Assembly (NCBI RefSeq): GCF_964204645.1
Contig: NC_134028.1
Location: forward strand, 17,801,653 to 17,865,652
DNA: 64,000 nucleotides
DNA from: Tubulanus polymorphus
Lineage: Eukaryota; Animalia; Nemertea
Direction: 5' to 3'
Shown: positions 1 to 10,960 of the stretch, piece after piece
Layout: every line of letters begins with the position of its first letter
Numbering within the stretch: position 1 is the stretch's first letter
Program-made: the position numbers and the translations under genes
The notes under the pieces: generated by a model
Told to the model about the DNA's origin: nothing
What the model saw: only the letters and a program-made list of their open reading frames with translations
Database searches by the model: none

Positions 1-364
1 ATTAACTGATTATCATTTTTACAGTACCTACAACTCTGATACGAGCCCTGCGGCACCAACCAGCAAATGAAATGTTATTGAAATTTATTGCAAAACGAAA
101 TATTTTGCAACTTTCAAGCATAAGGTATGAAATTTTAGCCCAATGTCTTTTTATTTTTGTGTGGGGTAGATTTTTTGGGGTTATTTCTCTTAATGTTTGG
201 ACACATACCAATAGCCCATTTTGGTCTTAACACAACCAGTGAAACTGCAGCGCATGAATGAACCATCATTTTTATATCCATTTTGCACTGGAAGATTGCC
301 AAAAAGTCTTATTTACCGTAACGCATTCGAATGAGAGAAAAGAGACCATAATTTATATGATAAT

Positions 365-787
365 CTATATATTATTATCATTAGTTTCAATAATATTATG
401 ATTATTAATCTTTTCTTTTGCTACATGTTTCTTTGATTTCTTATTTGATGCCCAATTTTTATATAAAATATATTTCTTACATGTATCACAATATTTTGGA
501 TTATAATAATCTTTTTTTGATTCAATATCATATGTAGAAGGGATATCATTATTAGATGCAGAAGTGAAGGGTAGAATATTGTCTTCTATTTTAGATTCAA
601 TATTATCTTCTATTTTAGATTCAATATTATCCTCTATTTTAGTTTCAATATTCTTTTCTATTTTACTTATTCTATACTTGAATTGATAAAATTCTCCAAA
701 ATACTTACTATATTCATAAGGTATTATATAATATATATCTGATATCATTTCACTTGGAGTTTGTATTTCATATATTCCACATTCCAT
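365..787 (-). CDS. 140-aa intronless AT-rich ORF with IE(S/T)KIEDN repeats and a degenerate C2H2-type zinc finger; possible Polinton/virus-derived fragment
   Basis: Open ORF in a segment much more AT-rich than its flanks; ataaATG start; YCDTCKKYILYKNWASNKKSKKH; 24-bp repeat x3. Confidence 0.4.
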   Translation of the reverse strand: MECGIYEIQTPSEMISDIYYIIPYEYSKYFGEFYQFKYRISKIEKNIETKIEDNIESKIEDNIESKIEDNILPFTSASNNDIPSTYDIESKKDYYNPKYCDTCKKYILYKNWASNKKSKKHVAKEKINNHNIIETNDNNI

Positions 788-910
788 TTATTATAAAATT
801 TTTTATTAAAGATTAAAATTTTAATACATAACACAGTGTAATTGTGAATTTGTTATATTTAATCCCGCGTCAGATATGATATAAAAATGCATTTTATAAT
901 TGTTGCCTCC

Positions 911-990
911 TTTTTAGCCCACTTGGGACTTTAGTCCCAGCGGGCTATTGCGTTCATTTTTCATCCGTCGTCCGTCCGTCCGTCCGTACA
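911..990 (+). mobile_element. Hairpin plus (GTCC)n end of Helentron/DINE-1-like family A (fragment)
   Basis: tttttagcccacttgggactttagtcccagcgggcta hairpin followed by (ccgt)n; reverse complement of the ends at ~9134-9171 and ~57470-57507. Confidence 0.8.
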
Positions 991-1524
991 GTGTATTTCT
1001 AATGAAAATAAAGTGTACATCGATTCATTTTCCTTTAAACATGTGGTCATTTAGGTTGATTTTGGTTGTTTGTGGCTTATATGTGCGAGTACCCCTGAAT
1101 TGTAATTGAGCAGGTGTGTTGCGGACTCGGCAGTAGAGGATCATCGGATAAGGCCCCGAGGTCCTTCGAGGTACGATGCAGCGTTCGTCGGCTTTGTATC
1201 CTGTGGCGTTGGACATACTGTCACGCTGGCAGGAGGGATGAGTGACGAGGCTTGAGTCCCTTATAGAATGAGATAGGGCGATTTCAGGTCTGGAGTAAGC
1301 GCGCGCTGGTTACCGCGTATCATGTTCGGGTTGAGTGGCCAATAGCCCTAGGCGTGATGCTGTGTGTGGTAACTTTTCTCATCTCAAGCCGTGGGAGTTC
1401 CGGGAGCCGCACACCTGAGTGTAGTCGGGGATTTTCGCAATTCTTTAAAGCCACTTCAGTCATCGGAATGTTGAGCACTATATATTTACCTGTGGAGGTA
1501 CAACTACCCCCGCAGGAGGACTCT

Positions 1525-1840
1525 TGTAACGTCGCCTATATTGCCTAAAACATTTACCTTTACCAGATTGTTGTACAATACCGATTATCGTTACCGGAGA
1601 TGAGATACATCTCTCGGTTATTCGTATAAGAGGAGAGGATACATTCGTAAGAGGAGAGGAGACATTCGTAAAAGTAGAGGATTCGTCAGTATAACTCCAA
1701 TGATCGTCCAGAGAACACGAACTATACATGTAGATATTTTAGATATCACGTGTCTTTTACAAAGAACTTGTTACATCAATTATTACAAGCACATGTACAT
1801 ACACACTAGGTAAAATGCATAGAGCGAGTAGAACGTTACA
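1525..1840 (+). mobile_element. Possible LTR (gypsy-like) with adjacent internal remnant upstream
   Basis: TGTAACGT...ACGTTACA inverted termini; purine-rich gcaggagga just upstream; internal acattcgtaagaggagagg repeats; no TSD found. Confidence 0.35.
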
Positions 1841-2333
1841 CATTCCTACCCACCCTATTTTCCATAATGGTATAGTCTATACATGTTAGCAAATGAAACT
1901 CTCTGTAGGCAGTGTTCTCTGAGTGATACTTCAATGAATGAAAGAAGTTCACGTGACAGGCACTACTCAGTGGTATTTTTTATTATGGCATAGACCACAT
2001 GATAACAGTAGAATGCTCTTAAAATGGCTCCAAAAAATCATCATTACTCCCCTTTGGGCTTTAGGCTTGCGCTGTTTGTCTAGGCACAGATACAGACTTG
2101 TACAATTTTCCCCCAATAATGACTACCAGACATATTTTTATCATCACGAAAACCCTACTCATCCCGTAGTGATGCGACAAAAGGAGGCCAACTATATCTG
2201 CAGAGAATTCTAAGCTGAGCATTGATACGCGACATTTTGTAAGCAAGTTATTTCAGATTTCATGGGAGTGGGAAAATTGTGTGTATCTATTTCGAAAACG
2301 ACCTCATACTAGCAAAAAGATAAGAAAATTAAC

Positions 2334-2539
2334 CTGCAAGTGCTTCACAATGCTAATGACTTCTCTCGTTGAATACGGGTAATCGATTAACCCTCTATCA
2401 GCATACATCCTCAATTCACCGAATGCTAGAACAAGTTTCATGAGGATTTCTTCAGAAATGTCTGGACCATACTGACGTAACATTGCCATTTCTGATCCAA
2501 TGCCAGGATTATCAACAGCATGGCAACTAAATATATCTC
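2334..2539 (-). CDS. VWA8: VWA8 coding exon (DIFSCHAVDNP...YPYSTREVISIVKHLQ)
   Basis: ttcag/gttaat splice sites; phase 1 in, 0 out; peptide recognisable as VWA8. Confidence 0.93.
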
Positions 2540-2643
2540 CTGAAAATATACATCAAATTCTGAAGACACCAACATAGAATGACTTCCTGAATACAGTTAC
2601 ACAGTTATCCATTAAAAATTAACTCTGGTTACTGTATGCTTAC

Positions 2644-2763
2644 CTATGGCACCAAAAAAGTCATTTCCTAAGAATGGAAAACCGGGACGATTTGCAAGAA
2701 CAATCATTCGGAAATCAGGATGACAATGAATTAACTTCTCCGAATCAGCACCTGGGAAATTCA
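2644..2763 (-). CDS. VWA8: VWA8 coding exon (NFPGADSEKLIHCHPDFRMIVLANRPGFPFLGNDFFGAI)
   Basis: tttcag/gtaag sites; phase 1-1; HPDFRMIVLANRPGFPFLGNDFF AAA+ sensor region. Confidence 0.93.
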
Positions 2764-3127
2764 CTGAAATTAGACACACATGCAGAGGAAACTCTTCAAA
2801 TGTATAGCTGCATAGCAGTGATAACAGGTATTCTGCCTTGCTGGTTTATATGGCCATACCATGAAGCATACAAAATTTTGTTGCATCCAATCTAATCAGT
2901 TCATACAATAAGGCTAATTTTGCGACACCACCTGCAGGGGTAAAAAATGCACTGGATTTGTGGGTTTTTTAAATACCCCTCAACCCACTGAGCGCCACAC
3001 ATGGCATCATTGAGAAATGATGGAGAAGATTTGAAGGTTCACCTGTTTGGAAAGAATAAAAAATAATAAATATAGCTGCAAAGCAGCGATAACGGGTTTT
3101 CTGCACAGTCTTAGAATCCTGTTCAAC

Positions 3128-3420
3128 GGTGGATTTTGACGAAGCATTTGATAAGGCACAACATCAGCCATTACTAAACAGGCTATTAGGAAACAGTATC
3201 AATGATAGGTCGCCCAAATGGCTCAGCAGTTATCTCTGAACGAAAACTTGTAGCTGAAACCAACGGAACGCCTCATCTTGGAATAAGTCGGTCAAACTAG
3301 TGGAGTCACGCAAGGTAGTATCCTAAGTTGTCTTCTGTTTATTGTCCTGACAAATGGCATACACAGTAATCCAACATATACCAGACCGAGTAAATTTCCA
3401 AATCGACCTTAACACGCTGT
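3128..3420 (+). pseudogene. Captured LINE (CR1/L2-like) reverse transcriptase fragment
   Basis: VDFDEAFDKAQHQPLLNRL...KWLSSYL* then SGVTQGSIL; also at ~7288-7580 and ~26950-27300. Confidence 0.8.
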
Positions 3421-4414
3421 TTGACCGAAAAACTTAATGTTCCAACAAGAAAATCTTGTTCGAATGAAAATAATTCTGTTTGATCGAACAATACGCTTTT
3501 TCCTTGAACCAAAAATTTTCTTCATTCTGACAAAAAATGTGTTCGAATAAAAAGCTATGTTATTGTTGAAATGAAAAAAAATTAGGTTGAGCGAAAACAA
3601 TTTTTTCGAACGAATGTTTGAATGAAAACAATTCTGTTCGATTGAACGAAATACTTAATACTTTCGGTTCGGAGAAAAACATTTTTCAATATACTTGTTC
3701 GAACGAAAAACTTAATGTTCTGACAAGAAAATTCTGTTCAAATTAAAACGATTCTGTTCAATTGAATGATTGTTCGAACGAAAAACCTTTCGTTTGGACA
3801 AAAAAAAGGTTGTTCAACTTTGTTCTAACGATTTTTTCAAATTGGTTCAATTGTATAGAATATTATTGGTTCGAACGAATTAAATTTTGTTCCGACGAAA
3901 GAATTTTCAAGCGAAAGATCTTTTGAACGAAAAAAAAGATATTTCTGGTGCTCCGCAGTAACTTAAAGCCAGACGTAGGTTGTTCTTGAGACACGATGCG
4001 ATCCTCGCGTTGTATCGCAAGTTTCGATGCAAGTCGCTTGCAATACGATTGTGTGCGACTACTTTCTGCCAGTCGCAAGAGCGCATCGGTTGGTTGTGAC
4101 AGTCGTGTCGCGTCGCAGAAAGTAGAACACGTACGACTCCATGTGACTGGCGTTGCTGAAAGATGAGGACGCCAGTGATATGACGACTGAGTTTCAAGTC
4201 GTCAAAACGTCACGATATGTCGACATATTCATGTCGAATTGATGCGATATATCGACATAAATATGGCGACTTGTCGAGTTGGAACGCAACAACTCGAGGC
4301 CCTTTATCGCTTCCGTAGATCTTTCATTAAGTAGGATCACTTGAATGATCGCTTTAATATCACTTTTAAAAAAAAAGAATCTGCCAAAATGACCTTAATA
4401 TTCGACACTATATC

Positions 4415-4830
4415 TACGGAAGCGATGAGGGGCCTCGAGATGACGCGTTCCAACTCGACAAGTCGCCATATAATTGTCGACATACCGCGATATATCGCGT
4501 CAAGTCGACATAAATATGTCGATATATCGTGACGTTTTGACGACATATTTCGTTTTCTCAACCATTTTCCTCGCAACAAGTCGCCATATTCATGACCACT
4601 TGAAACTCAGTCGTCATATTACTGGCGTCCTCATCTTACATTTAGACATGTCTTCAAATGACGGCTTGTCCCGTGGAAAATGAGCAAATAAGCGAAATTT
4701 GTCGTGAAAACGTCACGATATGTAGACATATTCATGTGGACTTGACACGATATATCGCGATATATCGACATAAATATGGCGACTTGTCGAGTTTGAACGT
4801 GACAACTCGAGGCCCTTTATCGCTTCCGTA
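4415..4830. mobile_element. Foldback MITE with ~130-bp imperfect TIRs, TA-CGG...CCG-TA termini
   Basis: tacggaagcgatgaggggcc vs ggccctttatcgcttccgta; an extra arm at ~4160-4317. Confidence 0.7.
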
Positions 4831-4920
4831 CTGTATCAGATTAATCGACTTCAAAATAGGCGAAAGCATAAGTCTTTATTACGTTATTAATTGGCCTAAT
4901 TATTCAAAAGCTAAAAATGT

Positions 4921-5835
4921 GGGCGACAAAACCAAAAAAATTAATTGTCGCGGGCGATAAAACCAAAATAATCAATTGTCGCGGGCAATAAAACCAAAAT
5001 AATCAATTGTCGCTGGCGATAAAACCAAAATATTGAATTGTCGCGGGCGACAAAACAAAAAAATGAATTGTCGCGGGCGACAAAACCAAAATATTCAATT
5101 GTCGCGGGCGACAAAACCAAACTAATGAATTGTCGCGGGCAATAAAACAAAATATAATCAATTGTCGCAGGCAAAAAACCAAAAAAATGAATTGTCGCGG
5201 GCGATAAAACCAAAATCATGAATTGTCGCGGGCGACAAAACCAAAATATTCAATTGTCGCGGGCGACAAAACCAAAATATTCAATTGTCGCGGGCGACAA
5301 AACCGAACTAATGAATTGTCACGGGCGATAAAACCAAAATAATGAATTGTCGCAGGCGATAAAACCAAAATAATGAATTGTCGCGGGTGACAAAACCAAA
5401 ATATTGTTTTGTCGCGGGTGACAAAACCAAATTAATGAATTGTCGCAGGCGATAAAACCAAAATAATGAATTGTGGCGGGCGATAAAACCAAAATAATGA
5501 ATTGTCGCTGGCGATAAAACCAAACTATTGAATTGTCGCGGCAGAAAAACCAAAATCTTGAATTGTCGCGGGCGACGAAACCAAACTAATGAATTGTTGC
5601 GGGCAATAAAACCAAAATAATGAATTGTCGCGGGCGATAAAACCAAAATAATGAATAATCACGGGCGATAAAACTAAAATAATGAATTGTCGCAGGCGAT
5701 AAAACCAAAATATTGAATTGTAATGGGCGACAAAACCAAAATATTGATTTGTCGCGGGAGACAAAACCAAATTAATGAATTGTCGCGGGCGATAAAACCA
5801 AAATAATGAATTGTCGTGGGCGACAAAACCAAAAT
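4921..5835. repeat. 31-bp minisatellite, ~30 units (AATTGTCGCGGGCGA[T/C]AAAACCAAAATAATG)
   Basis: Direct tandem repeat with period 31 (4943->4974); 31-aa periodicity in the ORF track. Confidence 0.97.
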
Positions 5836-7611
5836 TATTGTTTTGTCGCGTTATTTTAGTTTTGTCGTTTTGTCATAATGTCGCCCTCATTTGCATATAC
5901 GTGTTTTTTTTACGCATGGCCCTTATCAGCCACCATACTAAAGCCTTAAGGTCGCGTAACACTCGATAAACACTTCAAGCGACACAGCGAACGATCTCCT
6001 TTCCCCCACAGCGAACGCTTAACCTAGTAGAGGCTACTAGCCTATGTAGGCCTATGTATATGCGTAGGCCTAACATCCGGACAGATTGGTCGTAGGCCTA
6101 TTGAATTTAACAACCCACCTAAATATCGTAAATTTTGTTTTGAAGTTCAATCCAATGAGTCCGTTAATAAACGCAACAATTGTACTGTGTTTGTTTGATA
6201 CAGTAAAGCTCAGTACCGGTAGGCCTAAAGCCGCGTCAAACTCGATAAACACTTCAAGCGACACAGCGAACGATCCCTTTCCCCCACAGCGAACGCTTAC
6301 TCCGAATGTCAAGTGTGAGTCCAGCATACGGATAGGAGTGTTATATACTTGTATTTAGTAAATACCTTGTGCATTTGACAATGATCGGTATGTACTGTAG
6401 GAAATATAGAGTATTGATGGTATTGATATAGAGGTTGAAGCCCGCGGCCGAATAAAGTAATATATTCTTTTATTTTGATACCTCGTCGACATAACAGCTT
6501 TTCTCCGCTATATCTCTTCGGCGTGTTTAGTTTAGGCCTACGATTCCCCGGTACACTAAAGATTTATCTTAGTAAATACACGGTTAATTCGGTAAAGAAA
6601 AATAGGTATTGTTATACTAACTCGTTGAAACCCGCAGCCAAATCACTGGTAGTAATAAATTAATTTGTACTCGATTTGATTCTCATGATGAGGAGAAACT
6701 CGCAGCTGATCCCCGGAACGACGATGTAGTAACACACGTCGATTCGTCGATGTTTACGGCTCGACAGTGCTTTTAAAATCTAAAGTAGTAAATTTCCAGT
6801 GTATCGGTAATATGATTTGATGAGGAAAATGGGCTATTGTTAAAATCACTGTTTGAAGACCGCGACTGAATTTGAAGTCTGCGGCAATAAATTAGTTCAT
6901 TTATACTTGAATTGATAATCGAAGTGACAGTCGGCCTGCGGGTTGATTTCGGGATGACGACTCGAAAAACATGTCGCCCCATTGAATGGGGCTAAATTTT
7001 CGATGTTTATGGCCCGACAGCGCTTTTGTAACGATGATTCGTGAAAAAACACGCGGGCTATTTGTAGATCTCAGTGAGCTGAACGATATTATATGGATTG
7101 TATATGAAACAGCAGTAAGGTAACAAAGCCTATGTTCTTTTGGTAAAAATAGTGTGGAAGAAAATAATAATAATAATAATCACGCGGATATCAATAGGGT
7201 TTTCTGTGAAATAACAGAAAACCCTAATAAATATAGCTGCAAAGCAGCGATAACGGGTTTTCTGCACAGTCTTAAAATCCCGTTCAACGGTGGATTTCAA
7301 CAAAGCATTTGATAAGGCTCAACATCAGCCATTACTAAACAGGCTATTAGGAAACAGTATCAATGATAGGTCGCCCAAATGGCTCAGCAGTTATCTCTGA
7401 ACGGAAACTTGTAACCGAAATCAACGGAACGCCTCATCTTGGAATGAGACGGTCTAACTAGTGGATTCACGCAAGGTAGTATCCTAAGTCGTCTTCTGTT
7501 TAATCTCCTGACAAATGACATACACAGTAATCCAAAATATACCAGACCGAGTAAATTTCCAAAACGACCTTAACACACTGTTCGACCAAAAAACTTAATG
7601 TTTCGACAAAA

Positions 7612-10600
7612 CCACGGGCGACAAAACCAAAATTATGAATTGTCGCGGGTGACAAAACCAAAATATTGAATTGTCACGGGTGACAAAACAAAGATAATGA
7701 ATTGTCACGGGCGATAAAACCAAAATAATGAATTGTCGCGGGCGATAAAACCACAATAATGAATTGTCGCGGGCGTTAAAACCAAAATATTGAATCGTCG
7801 CGGGCGATAAAACCAAAATAATGAATTGTCGCGGACGGCAAAAACAAAATAATGAATTGTTGCGTGCGACAAAACCAAAATAATGAATTGTCGCGGGCGA
7901 CAAAACCAAACTAGGGGTCCAGGGACACCATGCTCACTTGGGAAGTGGTTTCAAATGCTCAACTATCTAACAATTTAAATACATAACGCCCTCTAGTGAC
8001 CATATACAAAAACCAATGACCTTGAAACCCACCACAGTCATAGAACATGTGAGCAGCTATGATTTTGTAATTGATTGTGATAACAAAATATGCCTCGTTA
8101 CCAATTAAATATGGAAATACTAAGTTATTCTACTATTCAACGCCCTCTGGTGACCATATGCAAAACCCAATGACCTTAAAACTCACCACAATCGTAGTAC
8201 ATGTCATGAAATACAATTTTGCAATTGATCATAGTAACAAAATATGCCTAGGTACCAATCTAATAAGGAAATACTAAGCCATTCTACTATTCAGCGCCCC
8301 CTGGTGACTATATGGAATAACTAATGTCCTTAAAAACTCACCACAATCATAGACGATGTCATGAACTACAACTTGGCAATTGATCATGGTAACAAAATAT
8401 GCCTTGGTACAAATATAATATAGCGATACTAAGTTATTGTATTATTCAACGCCCCCTGATGGCCACATACAAAAACCAATGACCTTGAAACTCACCAAAA
8501 TCATAGAACACGTTATGGGCTACAACTTTCCAATTGAATATAGTAACACAATATGCTTAGGTATCAATTTAATGTGGAAAAACTTTTTCCCACCTACGAA
8601 TGAGTACTGATGACACCAAGATGGCCGCCAATTGCGTCATAATTGGCTGATCAAAATACCTGTCCCAGGTATAAAACATCCCTCTCTAAAGAATACCCAT
8701 CAGCAATTGCAATGAGAAATGGCTAACCAGTAGGAAGCTACAGGACCTAGAATTCTGGCCAAAATTGACATTTTTGGGCACTAAAAAGGTCATAGGACGG
8801 CCATCTTGAGTCAGATCGACCCAATTTTCTTATGCTGATGGGCCTTTGGTAGATTCAAATATAAACGAAAGATCAAGGTAATTGATCAAAGCGTCTTCAA
8901 AATCTCCCACGAAAACTTCGAAAATGTTTAAAAAGTGCTGATTATGGCAAACAACAATGGCTGCCAGTCGACCATCTTGAATCTGACAGGGCCAGTTTTT
9001 GGGCTGACGATGTGTCTAGGGTAGATACATGTATAAACCAAATATCAAGACATTACCTTGAAGCATCTTCAAAACTTCCCGAAATAACTGGATTCCGTCT
9101 ATGGACGGATGGACGGACGAAAAGTGAACGCAATAGCCCGCTGGGACTTAAGTCCCAAGTGGACTGAAAAAGAATTGTCGCGGGCGACAATTCCAAACTA
9201 ATGAATTGTCGCGGGTGATAAAACAAAAATATTGAATTGTCACGGGCGACAAAACCAAACTAATGAATTGTCGGGGGCGATAAAACCAAACTATGAATTG
9301 TCACGGGCGATAAAACAAAAATATTGAATTGTCGCGGGTGATAAAACCAAAATATTGAATTGTCGCGGGCGACAAAACCAAACTAATGAATTGTCGCGGG
9401 CGATAAAACCAAACTATGAATTGTCGCGGGCGATAAAACCAAAATAATGAATTGTCTCGGGCGACAAAAACATAATATTTAATTGTCACGTGCGATAAAA
9501 CCAAAATAATGAATTTTCGCGGGCGACAAAACCAAAATAATGAATTGTCGCGGGCGACAAAACCAAAATAATGAATTGTTGCGGGCGATAAAACCAAAAT
9601 AATGATTTGTCGCGGGCGACAAAACCAAAATATTGAATTGTCGCGGGCGACAAAAAAAAAATAAAACCAAAATAATGAATTGTCGCGGACGACAAAAACC
9701 AAATATTAAAACCAAAATAATGAATTGTCGCGGGCGACAAAACCAAAATAATGAATTGTCGCTGGAGATAAAACCAAAGTAATGAATTGTTGCGGGCGAT
9801 AAAACCAAAATATTGAATTGTCGCGGGAGACAAAACAAAGATAATGAATTGTCACGGGCGATAAAACCAAAATAATGAATTGTCGCGGGCGATAAAACCA
9901 CAATAATGAATTGTCGCGGGTGATAAAACGAAAATATTGAATTGTCACGGGCGACAAAACCAAACTAATGAATTGTCGGGGGCGATAAAACCAAACTATG
10001 AATTGTCGCGGGCGATAAAACAAAAATATTGAATTGTCGCGGGTGATAAAACCAAAATATTGAATTGTCGCGGGCGACAAAACCAAACTAATGAATTGTC
10101 GTGGGCGATAAAACCAAACTATGAATTGTCCCGGGCGATAAAACCAAAATAATGAATTGTCTCGGGCGACAAAAACATAATATTTAATTGTCACGTGCGA
10201 TAAAACCAAAATAATGAATTTTCGTGGGCGACAAAACCAAAATAATGAATTGTCGCGGGCGACAAAACCAAAATAATGAATTGTTGCGGGCGATAAAACC
10301 AAAATAATGAATAGTCGCTGGAGATAAAACCAAAGTAATGAATTGTCGCCGGCGATAAAACCAAAATATTGAATTGTCGCGGGAGACAAAACCAAAATAA
10401 TGAATTGTCGCGGGCGATAAAACCAAAACAATGAATTGTCGCGGGCGATAGAACCAAAAAATTGAATTGTCGTGGGCGACAAAACCAAAATACTGATTTG
10501 TCGCGGGTGACAAAACCAAATTAATGAATTGTCGCGGACGATAAAACCAAAATATTTAATTGTCGCGGGCGATAAAACCAAAATCTTGAATTGTCGCGGG

Positions 10601-10960
10601 CGACAAAACCAAAATATTGAATTGTCGCGGGCGACAAAACCAAACTAATGAATTGTTGCAGGCAATAAAACCAAAATGATGAATTGTCGCGGGCGATAAA
10701 ACCGCGACAAAAAAAAAATTGTCGCGGGCGATAAAACCAAAATAATGAATTGTCGCGTGCGACAAAACCAAAATAATGAATTGTCGCGGGCGATAAAACC
10801 AAAATAATGAATTGTCGCGGGCGATAAAACCAAAATATTGAATTGTCGTGGGCGACAAAACCAAAATATTGATTTGTCGCGGGTGACAAAACCAAATTAA
10901 TGAATTGTCGCGGGCGATAAAATCAAAATAATGAGTTGTCGCGGGCGATAAAACCGAAAT
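7612..10960. repeat. 31-bp minisatellite, ~65-70 units, split by a family A insertion (7909-9171)
   Basis: Same unit as 4921-5835; array resumes at 9173. Confidence 0.95.
7909..9171 (-). mobile_element. Helentron/DINE-1-like family A, full copy with four ~154-bp internal tandem repeats
   Basis: aactaggggtccagggacacc end (CTAGTT on minus); cgccc-ctggtgacc units at 7987, 8141, 8295, ~8450; (GGAC/GGAT)n plus terminal hairpin; no TSD. Confidence 0.85.

Larger units (their letters stand above)
3066..7225 (-). mobile_element. Helentron/DINE-1-like non-autonomous element, family B, copy 1 (composite cargo)
   Basis: One end aatatagctgcaaagcagc (short hairpin), other end tagggttttctgtg...cagaaaaccct (long hairpin); both ends recur in copy 2. 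Confidence 0.75.

Noticed and set aside
25-124. Possible plus-strand exon (PTTLIRALRHQPANEMLLKF...) with AG/GT borders
   Set aside because: No recognisable homology or partner exons; could be chance
2304-2333. Read-through VNFLIFLLV* as a short VWA8 isoform end
   Set aside because: A normal GT donor is present and nothing in the sequence supports intron retention
6070-6982. ORFs duplicated at 11194-12097 as conserved genes
   Set aside because: Identity reflects recent duplication of family B; no protein motifs
4941-10895. Hydrophobic VLSPATIHYFGF... ORFs
   Set aside because: Translation of the 31-bp repeat cycling through three frames; non-ATG starts
4921-10960. 31-bp palindromic repeats near an RT fragment as a CRISPR- or retron-like system
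   Set aside because: Units are contiguous with no unique spacers, there are no cas genes, the context is a eukaryotic intron, and the RT is a dead LINE fragment
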